The notes: a model not told the origin generated them from the letters alone. Positions 10,336 through 20,599 are shown, counted from the stretch's first letter. The stretch is 64,000 nucleotides of DNA from a virus (IMGVR_UViG_3300031555_004294:235071-299070), one strand, 5' to 3'. A program made the numbers and translations.

Positions 10336-10746
10336 AATTAATCAGAGAAGTTGATGGTATCAGAGTAAAATAATGAATCATGAAATATAAAATAGTATCA
10401 AAATTGTATAATGAATCAATAATCTAGACAGTATCAATAATAGAAATGAATCATTCGAACAAATAGTATCACGTTGGTGTAATGAATCAAATGAACTTAT
10501 AGTATCAACATACAGAAATGAATCAGAACAAGAAATAGTATCAGGAATACACAATGAATCAATGATATTAATGTAGTATCAACCCATCTAAATGAATCAT
10601 TGTTGTCTACAGTATCATATATAAAAAATGAATCAACATGGTCAAATGGTATCACTTTCAATTAATGAATCAAATAAAGAAATAGTATCAAATACTTATA
10701 ATGAATCACGATCACCAATACAATAGTGTCAGAGCGTTTCAATGAA
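10336..10746 (+). ncRNA. TIGR-like dual-repeat guide array 1 (11 units, orphan)
   Basis: Alternating AATGAATCA and ANAGTATCA repeats with mostly 9-nt variable spacers (range 8-14), period about 36 nt; ends at a terminator. Confidence 0.85.
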
Positions 10747-10750
10747 AAAA

Positions 10751-10789
10751 AAGAATATACCCACCAAAGGATATATTCTTTTTTTTTTG
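10751..10789 (+). terminator. Bidirectional terminator closing array 1
   Basis: AAGAATATA/TATATTCTT stem with A run before and T run after. Confidence 0.75.
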
Positions 10790-10824
10790 TAAAAACTTCT
10801 AGTTACCAAGTTTCATCTTAAAAT

Positions 10825-12666
10825 CTATCGTTCATATTTGTAATCATAATTTCCACAATCCCAAATTCGACAATACTTAGTTTTGTCCATTATCTGGAAC
10901 TCAGTTAAGTTATCATCGTAAATCTCTGGAAATAATTTCTTTAGTTTATGCTTCTGAAAATTAAACCTAGTTTCTCTAGTAACAAAGTCTGTATAAGAAT
11001 AACCAGGTTTACTAATATCATCTAGAACAAATCCAGTTGATTCATATAATCCACCTTTAGACCATCTTCTATCAGCATATGTTATAATACTCTTCCATTC
11101 ATAATTCTCTTTAAAGTATCCAAATAACTTATCAAATGCTCCATAGACTTGAAATTCTATATCAGTAGCAAATCTAGAAAGTTCATAGTCATACTTTCCC
11201 TTTTTTGTAAATCTAGGTTTACAAAATGTCATAACTGCAACTAATCTATTTTCTTCATCGTTTATAGGATACCATAATCCAAGCTTTACATTAGCTTTAT
11301 CTTCACCTTGAATGTGATTTTCATTTAGGAATTGATTCTTATCTGAAGCATTAAGCTCAGCTATAAAGCATTTAGATGCTCTAATTTTAGGTAGTTCTTT
11401 AGAACAGCCTAAAATGTGTTTTAACTTAGACTTGACTATATCTTGCTTAAAGTTCCATTCATCTTCAAAAACATGTATTAATTGTATACCTTTCTGTTTA
11501 CAAGCAATGGTTTTGTTTAAGTGATAGTTTTTATCTGATAACATTTTCTCACTATGCCAATACAAACCATCAAATTCGATTGCTATATTTTTCTCTGGTA
11601 GGTAAATATCTAACTCTTTTCCATTTAAAATTGTACGATCATTTTCTATAATCGTTCCAGTGTAAAATGATTTGATAAATTCGATGATTTCTTTTTCATC
11701 GTCACTGTAACCCTTTATCTTAGAACATTTAGGACAACGATGCATTCTTGATGTAAAATGATGAGGAAGTACTGGATAATCATGTCCACAGGTATTATGC
11801 ATCATCTTAATAGAGACGCTTGCATTTACATATTTTCCAAGAACAGTATATTCATCACCTACTAGATCATAGACTTGCTTTTCAAATTGTTCTTGGGTGA
11901 ATGTTCTCTCTACTAGTCTACAATCCTTACAACGAACTCCTTGTTTAAATGAATGGGGAGTAATGTAATCAAGATCCTTTCCACATGTATTATGTCTCAT
12001 TGCTATTAGAGTGTCTGTATTAACATACTCGCCTAGCACAGTGTACTCGTCACCTACTAGAGCATAGACATCTTTCTTAAATCTTTCAGTTGTATAAGCT
12101 CCACATATCTTACATCTAACTCCACCAGTTATAAATGCATGAGGAGTTGTAGGAAAAGTTTCTCCACAAACAGAATGTAACATTTCAACTGGTTCGTTAT
12201 ATTTAGTAAACGGAGTTACTGGTAGGTACTCTCCACCAACCAAGTCATACACTTTTTGCTTAAACTTTTCATCCTTCTCCTTTGCTAAACATGTCTTACA
12301 ACGTTGCTGTCCTTTTTTAAATCTAGCTGGTATGATTGGATAAATTTCTCCGCACTTATGTTTTATATCGAGTTCTGTATTGTTATTTACATAGGTTCCT
12401 AAAACTGTATAGTCAGTTCCAACTAATTTGTACACTTCTTTCTTAAATGTTTCTGTAGTTCCTTTAAGGTTACCAAAACATACTGGACATCTTGTATTAT
12501 CTTTAAAATGTGCTGGTGTAATATACCACTCATCATAACCACAAACGTTATGTTTCATTCGTATCTTTGTCTTATCATTTGCATATTCACCTAGAACAGT
12601 ATATTCATCACCAACTAAACTTTCTACTAAAGCCTTGTACTCTTCAGTATTAGATCTTGGCCACAT
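10825..12666 (-). CDS. Putative homing endonuclease: repeated H..CG...CxxC zinc modules, a DUF559/Vsr-like nuclease domain and a Hef-like C-terminus
   Basis: Five repeats of (VY.LVG.EYTVLG.Y...H..CG...C..C); ELDIYLPEKNIAIEFDGLYWH; YELSRF, TYADRRWSKG, RIWDCG. Confidence 0.7.
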   Translation of the reverse strand: MWPRSNTEEYKALVESLVGDEYTVLGEYANDKTKIRMKHNVCGYDEWYITPAHFKDNTRCPVCFGNLKGTTETFKKEVYKLVGTDYTVLGTYVNNNTELDIKHKCGEIYPIIPARFKKGQQRCKTCLAKEKDEKFKQKVYDLVGGEYLPVTPFTKYNEPVEMLHSVCGETFPTTPHAFITGGVRCKICGAYTTERFKKDVYALVGDEYTVLGEYVNTDTLIAMRHNTCGKDLDYITPHSFKQGVRCKDCRLVERTFTQEQFEKQVYDLVGDEYTVLGKYVNASVSIKMMHNTCGHDYPVLPHHFTSRMHRCPKCSKIKGYSDDEKEIIEFIKSFYTGTIIENDRTILNGKELDIYLPEKNIAIEFDGLYWHSEKMLSDKNYHLNKTIACKQKGIQLIHVFEDEWNFKQDIVKSKLKHILGCSKELPKIRASKCFIAELNASDKNQFLNENHIQGEDKANVKLGLWYPINDEENRLVAVMTFCKPRFTKKGKYDYELSRFATDIEFQVYGAFDKLFGYFKENYEWKSIITYADRRWSKGGLYESTGFVLDDISKPGYSYTDFVTRETRFNFQKHKLKKLFPEIYDDNLTEFQIMDKTKYCRIWDCGNYDYKYER

Positions 12667-12780
12667 AAGTTTTCCTCCTTTATCTCGGTTCGAACAAATA
12701 CTTTATTGTATTGTTTCGAAAAATTTAAAGGAAAAAGTAAAAGGGATTACCCAAATAGGTAATCCCTTTATAAAGTTGAC

Positions 12781-13071
12781 TTAAGCGTTAAGGTCCTTCT
12801 TAAGCTGTGCGCCAGAAGTGAAGGAAGGCTGCTTACGTGCAGGAATGAGAATCTTTTCAGAAGGATTCTTAGGATTATGACCTTCTCTTGCTTCTACAGT
12901 TCTAGCCTTAAAAGTACCGAAGCCAGTAATCTGAACGATACCGTCAGTACGGAGACCAGAAGTGATTAGGTCGAGAAGAGTATTAACAACTTCTGCAGCT
13001 TCATTCTGAGTCAGCTTTACGCCCTCCATGGGGGTCTTAGAAAGTGCCTTAATTAGATCAGTCTTAGTCAT
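12781..13071 (-). CDS. hup: HU-like DNA-binding protein
   Basis: MTKTDLI...VQITGFGTF...REGHNP...IPARKQPSF. Confidence 0.92.
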   Translation of the reverse strand: MTKTDLIKALSKTPMEGVKLTQNEAAEVVNTLLDLITSGLRTDGIVQITGFGTFKARTVEAREGHNPKNPSEKILIPARKQPSFTSGAQLKKDLNA

Positions 13072-13419
13072 GATTTTTTACCATCCTTTATTAATTTTTT
13101 AAATTTTTAGCATTTACTTATAAAAATGAGTTTTTCTATGTATTACAACCAAAAACTAATTTCTATATGCATTATAAATATGTTTCTAGATTTTGTTTCT
13201 TTTTTATATAAAAAATCCCATTTTAAAGTTTTAGACAAGTGTACTACAAATATAGTTTCTACAACAATTAGTAATATTTTCTCTAAAACTTTCACATTAT
13301 CCTACAAAAGTATCTTCTAATCAATTATTCGTTTTTCATATTTTTTATGGTAAAAATATAGAAGTAAAAATTAAATATATATTTTAATCTTGTAAAATAT
13401 AGTAAAGGAGAAAATTGCT

Positions 13420-14889
13420 ATGTATAATTTATTACAAGCTTATTCAGATGAAAACCCAGAGAAATTTAACGAAGAACTGATCTATCTAAAGGAACATGAT
13501 GAAGTATTAACACACATCAACTCTATCTTTAAGGCTCTTGAAGTTATTAATGGAGTTGAATTTTTAGGAAGTACTATTAATAAAGATGAATCTAGTTTTC
13601 CAGATTATATTAAGAACGAGAAGCACCAAGTCAATATTGAAGAGTCTAGACATATGTTAATTACATTTAAGTTTAGGATTTTTGATAACAAAACAGGTGA
13701 AGAGGAAATTATTGAAAAGAGCTTGTTCTTTCCTAAATTGATAGACAAGACTTATTTTATTTTGAATGGAAATAAGTTTTTCCCAATTTACCAAATTATC
13801 GATAGCGCAACATACAATAACAATAGTAGTTTAACTTTAAAGACACTATTGATGGGTGTTACAATTCGTACTAAAGATATCGAATTTTATGATATGGACG
13901 ACAATAAATATGAAGGAGTCATTAAAGTAATCGATCTGTTTAAAAATAAACTCAATTACTTGATGTATTTCTTTGTAGATAGAGGTTATAACGATACTTT
14001 AGAATATTTCCTAGGTAGCGAAAATGTAAAGAAAATCCATTTAGTATTAGAAAACAGTAAAGAACATAAAAAGATTAACAATAACAACTACGTACAGTTT
14101 AAGTTAAAGGAAGAAACCATACTAGCTGTTGAAAAAGAATTATTTGATAGGTACTTTAAGTTCTTTACAAATGTAATTGATATTCTTAGTGATACTGAAA
14201 TGTTTCAAATTCTTGATAAAAACTATTGGAAGTTAGAAATGGGTAAGCTATTCAGTAGAAATAAGAATAATTACGAAAGCAAAGCAGATGATATTTTAAT
14301 TTCATTTAAGAGAATTCTAGATAATTCTACACAAAGTACTTTAAGATTAAAGGAAGAAAATAAGAGTGATATTTTTGCCATCATTAGATGGATGGTAAGA
14401 AATTATGACACTCTAATCTATCAGGATAATATGTCATTGGATTATAAGAGAATTCGTATTAATGAGTATCTTTGCTATGACTTGCTTATTAAGATGAGTA
14501 ATTCAACATATAGATTGCTTAATAAGTCTGAAATTACTTTAAAGGATAGACAGACTTTATTTAGTACTTTAACTCCTATGTATATTTTAAAGAAGATTGG
14601 TAGTAACGAACTGTTAAGATATTTTGGTGGCGTAAATGCGATTGAACTATTTAATCCTAGTCTTAAGTTCTCACAACGTGGATTCCAAGGTCTAGGTGAA
14701 GGTAGTCGTGATGTTAATAAGTCTTACAGAGGACTGCACTATTCATATCCTGGAAGGATAGGTCTGACTAGTAGTTCAGCTGGTGACCCAGGTATGTCAG
14801 GAACGTTCACTCCTTTCTCAAAAATTTATGTTGATAATGGTTTTTATTTCTCTGACACGATGTTAGACGAAAACGAACAAGACTTCTGA
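13420..14889 (+). CDS. Phage multisubunit RNA polymerase beta, N-terminal subunit (probably non-virion RNAP)
   Basis: FPKLIDKTYFILNG; SYRGLHYSYPGRIGLTSSSAGDPG is homologous to RpoB RDVHxSHYGRxCPxETPEG; TATATATT promoter upstream. Confidence 0.8.
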   Translation: MYNLLQAYSDENPEKFNEELIYLKEHDEVLTHINSIFKALEVINGVEFLGSTINKDESSFPDYIKNEKHQVNIEESRHMLITFKFRIFDNKTGEEEIIEKSLFFPKLIDKTYFILNGNKFFPIYQIIDSATYNNNSSLTLKTLLMGVTIRTKDIEFYDMDDNKYEGVIKVIDLFKNKLNYLMYFFVDRGYNDTLEYFLGSENVKKIHLVLENSKEHKKINNNNYVQFKLKEETILAVEKELFDRYFKFFTNVIDILSDTEMFQILDKNYWKLEMGKLFSRNKNNYESKADDILISFKRILDNSTQSTLRLKEENKSDIFAIIRWMVRNYDTLIYQDNMSLDYKRIRINEYLCYDLLIKMSNSTYRLLNKSEITLKDRQTLFSTLTPMYILKKIGSNELLRYFGGVNAIELFNPSLKFSQRGFQGLGEGSRDVNKSYRGLHYSYPGRIGLTSSSAGDPGMSGTFTPFSKIYVDNGFYFSDTMLDENEQDF

Positions 14890-15000
14890 GAAATTTTATA
14901 ACAATTTTATAAGTAGTGAAGGTCATAAAGAGAAAGTTTTATTCACTTTTTCTTTATGACTTTTCTACAAAAATTTTAATAAAATGATTGGAGACTTATA

Positions 15001-15711
15001 ATGAGTAACCTAATGAACAAAATTAGAACATCAAAAATAATTTTCAACATTCTTTTTATTTTATCTGAAGCGTATGCTGTTGTTACAAATTTACTTCCTT
15101 CAAAAGAAGAAAGAATTAAAAAGAACTATGAAGCTGTAAAGAAATTCACTAAAGAAGATGGTAAGGAATACATCAATGGACAAGGTTTAGGAGAAGTAGC
15201 AACTTTACCATTTGGAAAGAAAACATTTAGTTATTGCGGATGTGGTGCAATTGCAACTTACAATTCCTTAGTAACTTTAGGCTGTAAAGATTGTTTGGCT
15301 GATACTGCTAAATATTATGAGACCAGTGGACTTATTTTAGACGGTGCCTTTGGTATCCATCCAAATGCTGTTAGAAATTATTTTGAAGATGTTCAATGTG
15401 ATGTAAACGTACATATACTCTACAATTCTGATGTAGATAACAATTATGAAAAGTTTGATGAAATTTTTAAAGATGCAAAATCTGCAATCCTTTTATCTTG
15501 GAATTCTGTAAATCTAAAGCATGATAATGGTAATTTTGCAGGAATGCATTATGTATCTATATCACATTCATTAGACAAAGATGGTAATCCAAGAATTGAT
15601 GTTTATAATGCATACAGTAAAGTAAACCATCTTGTACATTACAACTCAATCGAATCGTACATTAAAACACAGAAAATACTCCCAGTAGTTTTATTTACAC
15701 TCAACAAGTAA
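15001..15711 (+). CDS. Putative C39-like cysteine peptidase
   Basis: GCGAIATYNSL and MHYVSI motifs; late promoter at 14900. Confidence 0.5.
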   Translation: MSNLMNKIRTSKIIFNILFILSEAYAVVTNLLPSKEERIKKNYEAVKKFTKEDGKEYINGQGLGEVATLPFGKKTFSYCGCGAIATYNSLVTLGCKDCLADTAKYYETSGLILDGAFGIHPNAVRNYFEDVQCDVNVHILYNSDVDNNYEKFDEIFKDAKSAILLSWNSVNLKHDNGNFAGMHYVSISHSLDKDGNPRIDVYNAYSKVNHLVHYNSIESYIKTQKILPVVLFTLNK

Positions 15712-15798
15712 TAATATTTAATCCGTACTATATCTATATATTTTAGATATAGTACGGATTAAATTTATGCTTAAAAATGAAAGGAAATAATACAAGAT

Positions 15799-16320
15799 AT
15801 GTATGAACGAGAGAATTATATATCATGGGATGAATATTTTATGGGAGTAGCTTTATTAGCTGCTAAGAGAAGTAAAGATCCTAGAAGACAAGTTGGAGCT
15901 TGTATTGTAAAAGACAATAAAATTTTAGCAACTGGATACAATGGTTTTCCTAGAGGATGCTCTGATGATGCTTATTGTTGGGCTAAAGATGTTGACAAAG
16001 AAGTAAATGAAAGAGAAAAAAGATTTAATAATAGACTCTCACGTAATAAGTTCTGGTATGTTATTCATGCAGAACTAAATGCAATTCTTAATTGTAATAG
16101 AACTGACTTAGATAATAGCATCATTTATGTTGATCTATTTCCTTGTAATGAATGTGCAAAAACAATCATTCAAGCTGGAATAAAAGAAGTTGTTTATATG
16201 AGTGATGAGGATATACACAAAGAGTCATATAAAGTGTCTAAACTAATGTTAGATGATGCAAATGTCAAAATAAGAAAGATTGAAAGAACTGAATTTTTGA
16301 TAAAACTAATGGAGGTTTAA
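15799..16320 (+). CDS. dCMP deaminase
   Basis: WDEYFM, RSKDP, QVGACIV, GYNG, HAELNAI, PCNECAK. Confidence 0.92.
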   Translation: MYERENYISWDEYFMGVALLAAKRSKDPRRQVGACIVKDNKILATGYNGFPRGCSDDAYCWAKDVDKEVNEREKRFNNRLSRNKFWYVIHAELNAILNCNRTDLDNSIIYVDLFPCNECAKTIIQAGIKEVVYMSDEDIHKESYKVSKLMLDDANVKIRKIERTEFLIKLMEV

Positions 16321-16322
16321 GT

Positions 16323-16691
16323 ATGTTTATACGTGTAGGAACTGTAGAAAGATACAATGAGAAAAAAGATGAAATTCTTGAAAACTTTGGTGAGAAAATT
16401 TTAGAAAGAACTAAAGAAATAGTAGAAATGCTGGATGAAGAATATGGAAAGGACAGAGATGTCTTTAATTCTGATGGTGGATGGGTTGTTTTAATTAAAA
16501 ACTACAAAGGTTTTGATGACTATGATGAACATTCAGAAACTGAAAGTCTATCAGAATCTGTGTATGAATATTGTAATGAAATTGATTTTGATCCATTTGT
16601 AGAAGTTCTCTATCTAGTAAATAACGAAACTGGTATCACTGTTTTTATGCCAAAGGAAATCTTCGAGACAGAATTAAACGAAGATGATTGA
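16323..16691 (+). CDS. Hypothetical protein
   Basis: ORF in operon with RBS GGAGG. Confidence 0.6.
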   Translation: MFIRVGTVERYNEKKDEILENFGEKILERTKEIVEMLDEEYGKDRDVFNSDGGWVVLIKNYKGFDDYDEHSETESLSESVYEYCNEIDFDPFVEVLYLVNNETGITVFMPKEIFETELNEDD

Positions 16692-17092
16692 AAGGAGAGC
16701 ACTCTATGAATGTTCTGTTAAGGAAAATCATAATTACATCAGACGAAGAAATTCAAATCCTTAATGAGAATACAAAAAAGACATTGTTTGGTAGAAATAA
16801 AGTTGTTGAAAATATAACTACTGAACAAGAACACTATGAATATTGGATTGAATTCCATATTGATCAAGGTAGATTTTACTATGGTGAGAAAAAACCTATA
16901 GAAATTGAAGGTAGGAATGGTATTTACAAATATCAAATCACTACTAGTCACACTAAACGTGGTCTTGATAAAAGTTTAGAAATTATCAGTGAAATTATGG
17001 AAAGAACTAAACTTATACATCCAAAATGGGAAATTGAATTGTATCAGGTTAAGAATATGCCATTCTATAGACAATTCGATAAAGATAATTGA
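16688..17092 (+). CDS. Hypothetical protein
   Basis: ORF in operon; lies immediately upstream of array 2. Confidence 0.55.
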   Translation: MKGEHSMNVLLRKIIITSDEEIQILNENTKKTLFGRNKVVENITTEQEHYEYWIEFHIDQGRFYYGEKKPIEIEGRNGIYKYQITTSHTKRGLDKSLEIISEIMERTKLIHPKWEIELYQVKNMPFYRQFDKDN

Positions 17093-17115
17093 GACATATA
17101 ATGGTGCCTTGTAAT

Positions 17116-17626
17116 AGAAAATCAATGTAATCGACAGTATCAATATTTGAAAATGAATCACTAGAAGAGATAGTAACATAACTTATGAATGAATCAATAT
17201 GTAAGACAGTATCAGACATATGCTAATGAATCAATACTAATTACAGTAACAGTCACCACTAATGAATCACATCGGGTAACAGTATCAAATAAATATAATG
17301 AATCAAATAACTTGAAAGTATCAATTGTAGCTAATGAATCAGTGCACATTAATAATATCACAGCGGTAATAAATGAACCATAATTGCGGATAGTAACAGA
17401 AGGAAATAGTGAATCAATGTCAGGGAACAGTATCAAGAGGTGAAAAATGAGTCAGCGAGAATGACAGTATCATATGACAGCAACGAATCAATATATTAAA
17501 CTCGTATCTTTTGTTCAAATGAATCATTCATACGGACAGTATCATGCTAAATCAATGAATCATGGATGAAAATAGTATCAGTGACTTATAATGAGTCAAG
17601 ATAAAAAACTCGTATCATTACAAATA
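17116..17626 (+). ncRNA. TIGR-like dual-repeat guide array 2 (14 units, orphan)
   Basis: AATGAATCA-9nt-ACAGTATCA-9nt periodicity, e.g. aatgaatca atatgtaag acagtatca gacatatgct; some repeat variants (aatgagtca, atagtaaca). Confidence 0.85.
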
Positions 17627-17635
17627 AACAATAAG

Positions 17636-17678
17636 AAATGACTAAATGAGATTTACTCTCATTTAGTCATTTTTTTTT
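17636..17678 (+). terminator. Terminator closing array 2
   Basis: AAATGACTAAATGAG/CTCATTTAGTCATTT stem followed by a T run. Confidence 0.8.
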
Positions 17679-18367
17679 TACATTTTTATAGCAATGTTAA
17701 GTTCTGGGAATCTAGCTTCTACTAAAATTCTGTCTTTACTATATCTATCGTTAGCGTTCCATTCTTCCTTTAGATACTTAAGACCACGAATAACTTGCTT
17801 TGTTACTTCCTTTAAGTCAGAAGATTCTCTTACAAGAATAGGATATGCTTTAGGATTAAAAGATAAAATCTTTAAAGGATCACATTTGATCTTTAAGCCA
17901 TTTTCATCATAAGCAACTGCTTCGTTAATCATCATGTTGTGATTATGATATTCAGTTTCTAAAACTAAAGTTTTTGTATTGGATGGCATATTGTAATCTA
18001 AAGATTCGAAATAAGATTGAATGTCCAAATCTGTATTGTTAATTGCAGTATCAAAATTAAAACTGCTTTCAGAAATAACCTTACGTTTGTAAACTAGATT
18101 CATTTCATTTAAACGATGATCCCAGAATTCATCAGTAGATTCCTGAGTTAAGGACTCAATCGAAATTGTATCAGACCATTTTGTATAATAATTTGCTACT
18201 AAAATCTTACCTAAGTCTGTAAAGTCTTCAGTATACATTTTAGAATCAACACCAAATGTCTCTAGATTTTCTATACCAACATCAGTTAGAAGATTTTTAC
18301 CTTCACACCAAGTATAAAACTTTTCTAATATATTAAATGAATGCTGTTTATTCATGATTTCAGTCAA
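17678..18367 (-). CDS. Hypothetical late (virion?) protein
   Basis: Late promoter at 18407-18418 (-). Confidence 0.6.
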   Translation of the reverse strand: MTEIMNKQHSFNILEKFYTWCEGKNLLTDVGIENLETFGVDSKMYTEDFTDLGKILVANYYTKWSDTISIESLTQESTDEFWDHRLNEMNLVYKRKVISESSFNFDTAINNTDLDIQSYFESLDYNMPSNTKTLVLETEYHNHNMMINEAVAYDENGLKIKCDPLKILSFNPKAYPILVRESSDLKEVTKQVIRGLKYLKEEWNANDRYSKDRILVEARFPELNIAIKM

Positions 18368-18427
18368 TACTTCCTTTCTTTTAAAAGTTTTTGTATCATA
18401 TTACATTATTTAGTTGTTTGCTTTTAT

Positions 18428-19120
18428 TTATCCAACAAAGATCTTTCTATGTCTAGCAGACTTGTTAAAATTACTTCTCCAACGTTCTAACAATTGTTTC
18501 TTATCTTCAAAAGCTGAGTCAAGTTTATCCATGAAAAGTTCAACATTTCCGAATGTAGTATTGATTGTACTAAATCTTTGTCTAATAGGATAAAGTGCAA
18601 TACGTACATCATAAAGAGCACACTCTAAAAACTCATTTCTATACCCCAATGGAATAGTAGCTAAATGCTCTGGATGGATTGTTTTAACCTGTACTGTAAA
18701 ATTTCCAAGTAATTGTGTTTTTGGGAATACAGATACTATATTTGGTGATTCATATTCAAATGTAATAGGCTGTAAGAACATAGATGCTATGTCTGCAGTC
18801 ATCTGTCTATTAATTGGATCACTGTCATAATATGCTAAAGGGAGACCTGAATTACCCATATAGTTTTCAGCTAATACTTTAGAAACACCTAATATTTCTC
18901 TATCAGTCTTTAGATAAAACGTATTAAAACGATTAGGTACCTTATCCTCAGCTACACGAATGGTAAGATACTCATAGTTTGGATAGTAGATACTAAATGT
19001 TGGAAGTGTTTGTGTTCTAACAATTTCCATAATCTCATTTGCATCTAATTCCAATACTTGTAAGGATGCACCTAAATTTAGTTCGATGTATTGTAAAACA
19101 TCAGTAGGATTCATTGGCAT
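18428..19120 (-). CDS. Hypothetical late protein, possibly neck/head-completion
   Basis: In a late cluster; YI...LGA...V.EL N-terminus recalls myovirus neck proteins. Confidence 0.4.
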   Translation of the reverse strand: MPMNPTDVLQYIELNLGASLQVLELDANEIMEIVRTQTLPTFSIYYPNYEYLTIRVAEDKVPNRFNTFYLKTDREILGVSKVLAENYMGNSGLPLAYYDSDPINRQMTADIASMFLQPITFEYESPNIVSVFPKTQLLGNFTVQVKTIHPEHLATIPLGYRNEFLECALYDVRIALYPIRQRFSTINTTFGNVELFMDKLDSAFEDKKQLLERWRSNFNKSARHRKIFVG

Positions 19121-19147
19121 ATTTATTCACCTACTTTCTTTATCTGC

Positions 19148-19801
19148 TTAAATCAAAATATCTGAGTCGTGTCTTTCACTATTAACTTTTAGATACGAAT
19201 AACTAGAACTATTAGGAACTGTCATTTTACCAACAATTGGATTTGCTAATACTCGATTATCAGTCTTAATAGTTACTTCGTCCTTTAGATCTTTAGTAGT
19301 TGCACCAGCAATATCATCTGGTGTAATTTCGTATGTGTTTACTGTAAAACCAGGAACCATAGACTTTACCTTATCATCAATCATATCAGAAGTTGCGGCA
19401 TTTATATCAATGGCTTCTTTTTTGATAGCTAATGCAAAGTTTTTATACTTTTCAGTATAATTTCCACATAGATCCATTAAAGCTGAAGATTCAGAAAAAC
19501 TCTTTAACTCAAATAGATTCTCTAATTTGTCTCTCTTTAAGTAGTGAAGAACAGTCTCCTGTAAGAGTCTCATATTGTTAAGAAATCTTACTTCTTCCAT
19601 TTCATCTAATGAGTCTTCTATATTTAAAGGTCTAGAATTTAAAGCAATTCCAATAAAATCTTCATTGTCTATAAACTGAATGCTACTTTCTGTAAAATAT
19701 GGTTTAAAATATTCATTCATCTTACTACGCTGTAAATCATGATTGATACTTTTTGCTGTTCTCAATCCAATTTTTTTTATGTCTTCCTTATTATAGGTCA
19801 T
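19148..19801 (-). CDS. Hypothetical late protein
   Basis: Late promoter at 19859-19870 (-). Confidence 0.6.
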   Translation of the reverse strand: MTYNKEDIKKIGLRTAKSINHDLQRSKMNEYFKPYFTESSIQFIDNEDFIGIALNSRPLNIEDSLDEMEEVRFLNNMRLLQETVLHYLKRDKLENLFELKSFSESSALMDLCGNYTEKYKNFALAIKKEAIDINAATSDMIDDKVKSMVPGFTVNTYEITPDDIAGATTKDLKDEVTIKTDNRVLANPIVGKMTVPNSSSYSYLKVNSERHDSDILI

Positions 19802-19945
19802 TTAGATTATACCTTGCCTTTCTTTATATTTTGCCATGTATTTTTGTATCCGTCTAATTAATGATATGTTTTATCATATTAAAGAAAAAAGATGATTTAC
19901 AAATATAGAGAAGTATAGCCACTAAAGACTATACTTCTCTATAAC

Positions 19946-20527
19946 TTAATCTTGCATGAGCAGAGTGTCTAATACAAAATCTTCTTCGTCACAACAATCA
20001 ATGCGATCAAAAGGAGGTCTGCACTGACATTCCATTCCACCTAAAGGCATAGGAGGACGGCACATATTGTAGACATCTCTATTATTTAATGCATTAGAAT
20101 TTTCATCTGCACCATCTTCATTATCTTCATCATAACCAGAAAAATCATCATGACTTAAAATACGAATAGCATCATCATTAAATCCAACCAAAATGAGAAT
20201 AATGTTTACACCAGATTGTGCCAGATGACCCTTTACTAATACAGAGTAGAAAGGAACACGTTTACCACCTTTAGTCTCATACTTTTTTACCATTTCAAAA
20301 GCATCAATAACTAAAGTAGTTGGAATAGAAATAACGTACTTTCTCTTGTTTAAGTCCTTCTTAAATTTTTTAGTATTTCTTAAAATGACGGTAATACCCT
20401 CTACATCAGCTTCAGATTGAACTGCCATGTCAAAATATTTTAAAAATACCTCATGTTCATCAAATTCAAGTAAAGCTGATTCTATTTCATTAAAAGCTTC
20501 AGCTGTTCTAGCTGTAATTTTTAGCAT
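19946..20527 (-). CDS. Hypothetical late protein
   Basis: Late promoter at 20579-20590 (-); RBS AAAGGAG. Confidence 0.6.
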   Translation of the reverse strand: MLKITARTAEAFNEIESALLEFDEHEVFLKYFDMAVQSEADVEGITVILRNTKKFKKDLNKRKYVISIPTTLVIDAFEMVKKYETKGGKRVPFYSVLVKGHLAQSGVNIILILVGFNDDAIRILSHDDFSGYDEDNEDGADENSNALNNRDVYNMCRPPMPLGGMECQCRPPFDRIDCCDEEDFVLDTLLMQD

Positions 20528-20599
20528 AATACTTTAAATCTCCTTTCATCATTTTTAATATTCACAAACACCATAAAGTAATAATTTGTTTTTGCATAA

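Noticed and set aside
12689-12700. TTCGAACAAATA matches an array-1 spacer (ttcgaacaa) plus 3 repeat bases, suggesting self-targeting
   Set aside because: The partner spacer cgttggtgt has no adjacent match; a 9-12 nt AT-rich hit is plausible by chance. No exhaustive self-target search was possible
13126-13320. 64-aa ORF in the hup/RNAP divergent intergenic region
   Set aside because: No RBS, low-complexity AT-rich sequence; more likely regulatory DNA. An origin cannot be supported
17189-17436. ORFs 17189-17383 (+) and 17212-17436 (-), also 27426-27620 (+)
   Set aside because: By-products of the 36-nt period (recurrent NES/DS); no RBS, and frames break at 10-11 nt spacers
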